A stretch of 64,000 nt of DNA from the IMG/VR virus record IMGVR_UViG_3300042508_000910, one strand, 5' to 3'. The position numbers and the translations under genes were made by a program. Below are positions 43,460-50,822 of this stretch, piece after piece. The stretch is from a virus. Under the pieces are notes generated by a model. The model was not told the DNA's origin. It searched no databases and saw nothing but the letters and a program-made list of their open reading frames with translations. Positions within the stretch are counted from its first letter, which is position 1. Every line of letters begins with the position of its first letter.

Positions 43460-43532
43460 TAACATGTTGATTATCAAACACTTACAGAGACTGCCTCCCG
43501 CCTTGCGTAAGTCGTTGATGTTGAACAACTTA
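43460..43532. repeat. 73-bp paired-palindrome element, copy 9
   Basis: TAACATGTTGAttaTCAAACACTTA - cagagactgcctcccgccttgcg - TAAGTCGTTGAtgtTGAACAACTTA. Confidence 0.9.
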
Positions 43533-43545
43533 CGAAAGGATGATT

Positions 43546-43926
43546 TTAGAGGGGTAAAACTTTGATCTCTAAAGATTCTTCCAGATATTTTTTTGAGGGC
43601 TTGAAAAAAATCACACGCTCGAAAACTTTTTCGGTTGTGACATTTTCGGGGAGTGAAACAGTTTCGCCCTCGCTGTCTGTGCCAACGATCAACGCTTTGC
43701 CAGCGAAAGGTTGTGAACCGATTCCAAACTTAAAGTAGGCTTGAGATTCTGAATCTTTCAAGAGTCCTTCGTCATCCAGAATCATGTCCACGCCATCAGC
43801 GAGACCTGCCATCGTGATGATCTCGCAATCAATGAGAGTGCGAAGGGTTTGGAATTTAGTGTCCACAAGCGTCACCTGCGACACAGTTTCGGTGAATGGG
43901 TCAATGAGTATTGCTCTCGCCATCAT
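43546..43926 (-). CDS. DUF3846-like protein
   Basis: AILIDP...LDDEGLL...FAGKALIVG.D.EGE. Confidence 0.65.
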   Translation of the reverse strand: MMARAILIDPFTETVSQVTLVDTKFQTLRTLIDCEIITMAGLADGVDMILDDEGLLKDSESQAYFKFGIGSQPFAGKALIVGTDSEGETVSLPENVTTEKVFERVIFFKPSKKYLEESLEIKVLPL

Positions 43927-44114
43927 ATTAGATGCTCCTTGTTTTGAGTAGATCGCTCAACTCGTTAAGGTAAACTCCAGCCGTGTTGCTGAAGCGGTTA
44001 TCGTTTAGCTCTTTGATGATATTGACTAGACGACTAGCCAACTCGATCACTTCTTCGTTGTTGATGGTTTTATTCATATGTTTAGTTTATCATACTTTTC
44101 TTTGTTGTCAAGTC

Positions 44115-44492
44115 TTACAAGCGGTAAAACTTGTGATTCTGAATGACTGCTATGGGCTTCTCACCCTTCGACCACTTGGGCGACACTTGGAATGTGTGGT
44201 AATGGTTCGCACCATTCACGACATCGGGCATCTTCTTTTGTGCCACAAGTTTCGCAAGATGGATTGCGTTCTGTGCTTGAGGATTAGCCAAGAGCTTCCG
44301 CTTCTGTGCTTCAGTCACTCCACCATTCCAGAAGCTGAATTGCTTTGGTGCAAGACAGACTTGGGATGCTGTCTGCTTACGCTCTATCGCTCTTGTCTGA
44401 ATAACAGAGGCAACGCCAGCCATGCCCTCGATGCCTTCGCCTCGTGCTTCGCCAAGGATGGTCAAAGCTATAACAAGAATCTCTGCGGTCAT
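44115..44492 (-). CDS. Cell wall hydrolase (SleB/Hydrolase_2)
   Basis: ILGEARGEG..GM.GVA.VI..R, QFSFW, GANHYH and IQNHKFY. Confidence 0.9.
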   Translation of the reverse strand: MTAEILVIALTILGEARGEGIEGMAGVASVIQTRAIERKQTASQVCLAPKQFSFWNGGVTEAQKRKLLANPQAQNAIHLAKLVAQKKMPDVVNGANHYHTFQVSPKWSKGEKPIAVIQNHKFYRL

Positions 44493-44911
44493 TAGTCTCT
44501 CCCGTTGCTGATGGCTCCGCAGTAGTCGCTAGGCTTCTCTGCGGTGATGCTTCCAAGGTTAAAGACATCGGTGCTGATAGCTGTGCGAAGGAATCGCCCA
44601 TCCTTAATTGTATCGAACTTGTCTTTTGCTTTTTGCTTCGCAAGGCTAAGAAGTCCACCCTTCAAGCCCTTTGCTTTGATCTTATTGCATAGAGCATACA
44701 GGGCAACTTTGGTCATCGCTTCTAGCACGGCTTCGGGCTGTGCGTAGAAGTAGAACGCTTTGCCGTTGCCCATATCGTGCAACTCTCCATTGGTTGCACT
44801 ATGGTTATACATAGCATTGTGAAATGTCTCGATGTGCTTCTTATCGCCTTCCAAGAGGAAAGCGGTAGTATTGCCGAAGGGTTGTTTGGTGATGGTGATT
44901 TGGTTTTTCAT
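44492..44911 (-). CDS. Hypothetical protein, paralog family A (copy 3)
   Basis: KQPFG.TTAFLLEG...FHNAMYN...NGELHDMGNGKAFYFYAQP...FLRT...LGSITAEK; start moved to ATG 44911. Confidence 0.75.
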   Translation of the reverse strand: MKNQITITKQPFGNTTAFLLEGDKKHIETFHNAMYNHSATNGELHDMGNGKAFYFYAQPEAVLEAMTKVALYALCNKIKAKGLKGGLLSLAKQKAKDKFDTIKDGRFLRTAISTDVFNLGSITAEKPSDYCGAISNGRD

Positions 44912-44950
44912 ATAGCTTATATTGCTTTCTGGTTTGGTTTTCGTCAAGGG

Positions 44951-45124
44951 TTATTTGATGACAGGTTCGCCCATATACTTCTGATGGGCTTCGTCCTTCT
45001 TCGCTTGGGCTTCTGCCACGATGTTATCGAGGCGTTGGGCAGAGGCTTTGTAGCCTTCTGCGATGGCGTTGAGCCTGCGGATAGTTTCGTTGATGTCGAA
45101 CTTGATGTTTGCTTTAACTTTCAT
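44951..45124 (-). CDS. Small protein, paralog family B (copy 2; below the ORF-track cutoff)
   Basis: Manual translation: MKVKANIKFDINETIRRLNAIAEGYKASAQRLDNIVAEAQAKKDEAHQKYMGEPVIK. Confidence 0.75.
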   Translation of the reverse strand: MKVKANIKFDINETIRRLNAIAEGYKASAQRLDNIVAEAQAKKDEAHQKYMGEPVIK

Positions 45125-45175
45125 ACTCTTAATCTATCACACTTTAGGGATTCTGCAAGGGTTTTTCTTCAGTTA

Positions 45176-45200
45176 AATTTCATTGATAGTCAACGACTTA
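45176..45200. repeat. Solo 25-bp palindrome at the right boundary of the cassette region
   Basis: AATTTCATTGAtagTCAACGACTTA. Confidence 0.8.
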
Positions 45201-45852
45201 GGTAGCCCATATTTTTTTTATAGAATACCCTACCCATTTTTGAAAAGCTGGGGAACTTATGTTTTGTAAAAGAGGGGGGAGGGCCTGAATTTCATTCGCT
45301 ACTCTACTAATAATCCTTTCTTTATATACCCCCCCTACCCTTTTTAGAAAAATAATAGAGAAAAAGCTTATTAAAATTCATTTAAATCTTAAAAATTCGG
45401 GGGCCTATATATTTTTTTAACCTTTTATTGATATAAGGTCTTATTGTGTAATTAAGTCTAATGAGAAAATGGATACCTATATTTCTTGGTTCAATTGGTT
45501 GTTTTTTTATACTTAAAACACTATTTAAGTTCGATAAAAGCAATAACACAGTAGTAGTTGCTCCTGCTAACAACGAAGAGGTTAGAAGAGCTATTCCTGT
45601 AATAACAAAAGCTGTCGAAAACCCTGCGCCCAACGCTTCAGATGCTTTGCCAGCCAGAAACTATCTACAGAGTAGCCAAAACAATATAAATAGCAAAAGG
45701 TAATTTATGGCCCAAAAGAAAAAAGTAAACAAATTAACAAAAAAAGAGTGCGAAGATATCTTAGCGCGTCTTTCTAATAGCAAAGATTCCCTATACTATA
45801 ATCATGTTGAAATAAGGCTTAAATTCCTTAATGAGTCTGATCTAAAATAAAT

Positions 45853-46872
45853 ATGTTTAAAAAAGTACTTAATTTTTCTGCTTTTTTGCTCGCTTCTTGT
45901 GCAGCCTTCTTCTCTGTTAAGGGTATAGCATTATTATTTGCTGCTAGTTTCTGGAGCGTTGCTATAATGGCAGGATCTCTTGAGATAGCTAAACTTGTGT
46001 GTGCATCTTACTTATATAGGTATTGGGATACTATTAATAAACTATTAAGAAGCTATATGTTAGCCGCGACCTTGCTTTTAATGGGCATAACTAGTCTTGG
46101 TATATTTGGATTTCTTTCAGATGCATTTCAAAAGAACTTTTCTCAATATAGTTTAAATGTTAGCAAGATCCAAGCTTTAAAATCTCAGCAAACTTTTATA
46201 TCATCTCAAGTAGACTTTAATAAAGGCAAATTGAAAGATCTTATAGAGCTTCAGAAAACATATCAATCATCATTAGATAGTGCGGTCAAGCAAGATGTCA
46301 CAGTAACTAAAACTAGTAGCGGCGGTTTATTTAGCTCTGGTCAAACAGAAAAAGTAACAGATAATAAACTATTAGATAGTCGTAATAAGATAGTAGAGGG
46401 TTCACAGCAAAATATAAATAGCTTATTTAATCAAATACAGATAGTTACGTCCGAGCTTCAAAATTTGGAGCAAAAAGCTTCTCAGACCGCTCAAGAGATT
46501 ATGGTATTAGAAGCTGATAATACCAAAGGAGAGATTGGTACATTTAAATTTGTAGCAGAAGCATTTGGTATGAAGATTGAGAATGCGGTTCGTTTGTTTA
46601 TTATACTTATTGTTATAGTATTTGATCCTCTAGCAGTTGCACTTGTTATAGCTTATAATAGTATCATAGTTAGACGAGAAGAGATTATTAAGAAAGTCGT
46701 AGAAGTAGAAAAGATAGTAGAGAAAGAAGTAGAGAAACCTGTTGAAAAGATTATAGAAAAAGTGGTAGAGAAACCTTTTGAAGTCATAAAAGAAATATAT
46801 TTAAATAGAGGATATAAAAGAGGCACAAAGAAAACTCATAACGAAGATCTTGCAGACCCAGATGCTAAATAG
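45853..46872 (+). CDS. Membrane protein with coiled coil
   Basis: Three N-terminal and one C-terminal hydrophobic segments; GSLEIAK and FDPLAV motifs; (I/V)VEK repeats. Confidence 0.7.
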   Translation: MFKKVLNFSAFLLASCAAFFSVKGIALLFAASFWSVAIMAGSLEIAKLVCASYLYRYWDTINKLLRSYMLAATLLLMGITSLGIFGFLSDAFQKNFSQYSLNVSKIQALKSQQTFISSQVDFNKGKLKDLIELQKTYQSSLDSAVKQDVTVTKTSSGGLFSSGQTEKVTDNKLLDSRNKIVEGSQQNINSLFNQIQIVTSELQNLEQKASQTAQEIMVLEADNTKGEIGTFKFVAEAFGMKIENAVRLFIILIVIVFDPLAVALVIAYNSIIVRREEIIKKVVEVEKIVEKEVEKPVEKIIEKVVEKPFEVIKEIYLNRGYKRGTKKTHNEDLADPDAK

Positions 46873-46897
46873 TGTAAATTAGGGTAAGGAATAAGGT

Positions 46898-48181
46898 ATG
46901 CCCAAAAATAGAATATTATATAATTGTCAGAGCATTTATGTTGGTCCAAGTCCAAGCTCTGGATACCATTTTATAGATATTAATGGTAATTTAAATAATA
47001 CTATCGAGGCTTCGAATACTAATTTTAATCTAATCAAAAGAATAACTCGTGCCACAAATCTAGGCTATACAATTAGCCTTAACCGAGAAGAGATCAAACA
47101 GATGGGACAATCAACTATAGCTGCACATCCAATTATTAAAAATCCAAATGTGCAAGTTGATTTTGAATACTATCCTAATGGAGTTATTAATGAACTAAGA
47201 CTTGGCTTAAATGCTAATTATACTCAAATTAGTGGCATTAATTCTGGTCAACCATATTATCAAAATAATTTTAATAATTTTATTTTTTCTGGTATGACTA
47301 ATTATGATACCAATGTTCAACCAGCAGAAGAACCTTATTGGCCTTCGAACAATAGATCTGTAAGAAATATTTTTGCAACAGTTACAAAAACTGAAAATGA
47401 TGATGAAATTTTTATCAACGATTTAAATACTCCAACGCAAAATTTTAGAAATCAAAATGTTATTGCTTTTGGTGATGCGTATATGGTATCTTATAATACA
47501 AACTGCACGATAGGAGCATTACCAACTGTAAGGACTTCTTTTATAGCAGACAATATAGTTTTTTATACTGGATCTAGTGGACTTGGTATACCAGCTATCT
47601 CACCAAAGAGCGGAAACCAATTATCAGATATTAAATTTGTTATACCAGCAGAACCAGATATTCAAGATATTTCTGTTATTGTGCCAGGAGATATTTCTAT
47701 TGATATAGAACAAACAGGAATAGATTCTAGCGTATCTATGAATAATATTACTGGTCTCGGTGTTAAATTCTCTGATATTAAAATACAAAATTATTCTATT
47801 GATATTAAATTTGATCGCGAAGATATGGAATCCATAGGCTACAAAGCTCCAGCTTCAAGAAGAATTAATTTTCCAGTAAGGGTTGATTTAGATTTTACAA
47901 GTTTGGCTGGTGATGAATCTGCAGCAAATCTAAAAGATCTTATAGTTAAAGATGATAAATATAATATATCACTCAAAATGAAAAAGCGAGGAACAAACGA
48001 AGAAATTTTAAGGTATGATTTTAAGAAAGCATTTTTAGAAGATTTTGCATATGCGTCTTCTATAGATAATAATAGATCAATTAATTTCTCTTTTAGATCT
48101 TATTGTGCGCCAGATGATTTATCTCAAGGATTATTTATAAGTGGACAGATACCAAATCAGAATTTAAGAGTACCATATTAA
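46898..48181 (+). CDS. Putative virion structural protein (possibly tail tube-like)
   Basis: 427 aa, beta-rich N/S/T composition, located in the late region. Confidence 0.45.
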   Translation: MPKNRILYNCQSIYVGPSPSSGYHFIDINGNLNNTIEASNTNFNLIKRITRATNLGYTISLNREEIKQMGQSTIAAHPIIKNPNVQVDFEYYPNGVINELRLGLNANYTQISGINSGQPYYQNNFNNFIFSGMTNYDTNVQPAEEPYWPSNNRSVRNIFATVTKTENDDEIFINDLNTPTQNFRNQNVIAFGDAYMVSYNTNCTIGALPTVRTSFIADNIVFYTGSSGLGIPAISPKSGNQLSDIKFVIPAEPDIQDISVIVPGDISIDIEQTGIDSSVSMNNITGLGVKFSDIKIQNYSIDIKFDREDMESIGYKAPASRRINFPVRVDLDFTSLAGDESAANLKDLIVKDDKYNISLKMKKRGTNEEILRYDFKKAFLEDFAYASSIDNNRSINFSFRSYCAPDDLSQGLFISGQIPNQNLRVPY

Positions 48182-48229
48182 TATTAGAATTAATGCTTTT
48201 TTAAGCCTATAATTATAGTGTAATATACT

Positions 48230-48529
48230 ATGAAACATATGCTATCTAAATTATTTGGCCCAAATTGGAGATCCTCAACATCAGGAATCGTAACAGTCGT
48301 AGCCGTGGCCACAGCTTTTGCAATTCACGGAGACAATTCTCTAGTTGCATTTTTACCAGATAAAGCGGAAGAATACATAGTTGGAATTTCTAAACTTATC
48401 GCAGTTGTTAGTGGTATAGTTTTTGCTCTTACAGTAAAAGATGCTGCTGTTACTGGCGGTAAAGTAGCTCAAACAAAAGAAGCTAAAAAGAGAATAAAAA
48501 AAGAAGTTGGACATGGAGAAAATATATGA
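48230..48529 (+). CDS. Putative holin
   Basis: NWRSSTSG, two TM segments, then KD and a basic tail; upstream of the endolysin. Confidence 0.55.
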   Translation: MKHMLSKLFGPNWRSSTSGIVTVVAVATAFAIHGDNSLVAFLPDKAEEYIVGISKLIAVVSGIVFALTVKDAAVTGGKVAQTKEAKKRIKKEVGHGENI

Positions 48530-48984
48530 ATAAATTAAATCTAATTGCTATTGCCCTTATGGGTATTTTTATGATCGGTTGCTCTACAACAAATACTGGT
48601 GTAGATAATCAAGTTGGCGGAACAACTGCAGTAGAGAATGCTCTACCTTATATTAAGCCAGCGGTAATGCTTGCTTGCACAGTAGTTCTTGAGCAAGCTC
48701 TTTCTCCAGAAGATCGTGTTGAAAAGGCAAAGATGATTAATCATGTTGCTACAGTCGTAGAGAGTCTCACAATTGGTCAAACCCCAACACCAGATCAACT
48801 TCAAAAAGCTCTAACAGATTATCTTCCAGCAGAAAAAACTCATTGGGCAAAATATATTGTTGCAGTTAAAGATATTTATGCTGCACAATTTGCTAAACTA
48901 AACGGAGACGCTGCTCTTGCTGTAAAAGTTCTTAATGCAATCGCCGCAGGTTGCAAAGATGCTACAGCAGAATACGTAGACTAA
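48526..48984 (+). CDS. Lipoprotein
   Basis: Signal peptide with lipobox-like FMIGC. Confidence 0.6.
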   Translation: MNKLNLIAIALMGIFMIGCSTTNTGVDNQVGGTTAVENALPYIKPAVMLACTVVLEQALSPEDRVEKAKMINHVATVVESLTIGQTPTPDQLQKALTDYLPAEKTHWAKYIVAVKDIYAAQFAKLNGDAALAVKVLNAIAAGCKDATAEYVD

Positions 48985-49570
48985 ATGCCAACAGGAATTG
49001 TACAAGCTTTTTTAAGTGCAGTTTCTGGAATATTCTCAGCAATTAATAATCTTTTTGGCGCAAAAAATACCAAAGAAATGAAAGAGCGTGATCAAGCGCG
49101 CAAAGAAGTTGAGCACCAAAGTGAGATAGAGCAAGAAATTAAGGAGAAAGATCTTGAAAAGATTCGTAAACGTATTGGCTCTTAACTTCCTTCTTGTTGG
49201 CTGTGCAACAGTAACACCAGATAAGATACAAGATAGTACTGCGTCTTATGATGCATCAACTCCTTCTCAGTATAATCAAGATAATGGTGGTGTTATAGCT
49301 TTATTAGAAAATGGCGCAGTCATTACTAATCAAGCAAAAGATCGTTACAATAAATTAATAGAAATGTATAAAGTAAAATTTAAAAAAGAAAAAGCTATTG
49401 AATTAGTAGAAAATGCTGGAATACAACCATATAAAGATCGCTATGGAAATGATTTATTTTTAATTGATAATGAACATCTTGTTTATTTTGGAGTAATGAA
49501 CTCTTGGTTAAAAGAAAAAGTTCCAGCAGATAACATCATAGATAAAACAATAGATAAAATAAATAATTAA
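48985..49570 (+). other. Overlapping pair resembling i-spanin (48985-49185) and o-spanin lipoprotein (49154-49570)
   Basis: Amphipathic N-terminus plus coiled coil, overlapped by an ORF with lipobox LLVGC; lysis-gene context. Confidence 0.45.
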
Positions 49571-49963
49571 TAATGGGCAAGTTATCAATTCCTAATAATA
49601 GGTATCTTTATATAGTTAGAGGCGTTGGATTATCTCCAGATATAAATGGTTTAAAATTCTATGATAGTAATTTAATAAGTGAATCTGCTCCTATTTTTTA
49701 TGCATCAGATTTGAGTTATAAATTACAAAGAGCAAGAGTTTTTTCTAATTTTTATGTTTGGAATATGTATAAATTTAATTATCCAACTGATCAAACCAAT
49801 TGGTGGAGAACGAATTTAATTCCAGACATATCTTTAACACCAGATCTTGAATATTCTACGCCAAACAATGGAGCAGTAGGAACGCCAGTAATATATGCTT
49901 TATCTAATAAGATTTCTCTTAAGAAACAAAATCTTGGCGGAGGAAAATTAAATTTAAATTAAA

Positions 49964-50656
49964 ATGCTTAACAATAAATCTTTAAAACTTATATTTGATT
50001 TTGAAGTTGGTGGTGGCGAAAATTACTACAATAAATTTTTAAAAAATCCAACTTGGCCAGGAGAGCAAAGTGGGGTTACAATTGGGGTAGGTTATGATGT
50101 TGGATATGTAAATAAAACTGAATTTTCTAACGACTGGAAAGATCTTCCTAAAGAAACTTTTGACAGACTTTATCGTGTCGTTGGAGTAAAAGGTTATCAA
50201 GCAAAAGAATTGGCACGTAGACTAAAAGATATAAAGATACCTTGGGATATGTCTGTGAAAGTATTTTTAAATAAAACAGTAAAGAAATTTTATGATCTTA
50301 CTCAAACTACATTCCCTAATTTTGATAAACTTCCAGAAGATGCCAAAGGTGGATTAGTTAGTCTTGTATTTAATCGAGGCGCGGCCTTAGAAGGAGATCG
50401 TAGGCGTGAGATGAAAACTATTCGCGATATTATGGCTAGGACACAGATCTTTGATCAAAAAACTTTATCTTTAATTGCGAATCAGATTCGTAATATGAAA
50501 AGGATATGGATTGGCGGAAGTATAGAAAAAGGTATGAGTCGTAGAAGAGATGCTGAAGCTAAAATAATAGAAGAAGCACTAGCAAATGCAGTAATTAATC
50601 CAAAAGATAATATAATCGCCTCAGATAAGATAATCTCTGATAAATTTAAAAACTAA
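49964..50656 (+). CDS. Endolysin, lysozyme/pesticin-like muramidase
   Basis: FE.GG...PTWPG..SGVTIGVGYDVG, LVSLVFNRG and RRRDAEA. Confidence 0.82.
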   Translation: MLNNKSLKLIFDFEVGGGENYYNKFLKNPTWPGEQSGVTIGVGYDVGYVNKTEFSNDWKDLPKETFDRLYRVVGVKGYQAKELARRLKDIKIPWDMSVKVFLNKTVKKFYDLTQTTFPNFDKLPEDAKGGLVSLVFNRGAALEGDRRREMKTIRDIMARTQIFDQKTLSLIANQIRNMKRIWIGGSIEKGMSRRRDAEAKIIEEALANAVINPKDNIIASDKIISDKFKN

Positions 50657-50675
50657 TAGTTGTGTAATCTAACTT

Positions 50676-50822
50676 ATGAGATTACTTTTAATTTTGCCGC
50701 TATTTTTATTAGTTTCTTGCTCTGAGCCAAATTACGAGAGTCGAGAATTACCAACAAAATATCCTGATACTCCAACAAGTGGAGCAGCTTATGATGCTAC
50801 CGAAGAATTATATAAAAAATGA
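50676..50822 (+). CDS. Small lipoprotein (below the ORF-track cutoff)
   Basis: MRLLLILPLFLLVSCSEPN..., lipobox LVSC; GTGTAA motif 8 nt upstream. Confidence 0.6.
   Translation: MRLLLILPLFLLVSCSEPNYESRELPTKYPDTPTSGAAYDATEELYKK

Noticed and set aside
33420-45200. CRISPR mini-arrays (repeat-spacer-repeat)
   Set aside because: Repeats are degenerate between and within copies, there is only one 23-bp spacer each, spacers are all GC-rich and partly related, and no cas genes are present.
33420-45200. dif/Xer or integron attC sites
   Set aside because: The geometry is 11-3-11, not the 11-6-11 of dif. No consistent RYYYAAC...GTTRRRY attC ends were seen, and the cassettes carry their own promoters.
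40922-45205. Plus-strand ORFs (40922, 42005, 42318, 42533, 43268, 43983, 44544, 44777)
   Set aside because: These are antisense shadows of minus-strand genes or translations of the repeat element (recurrent KSLIIKDL peptides); they lack promoters or coding signals.
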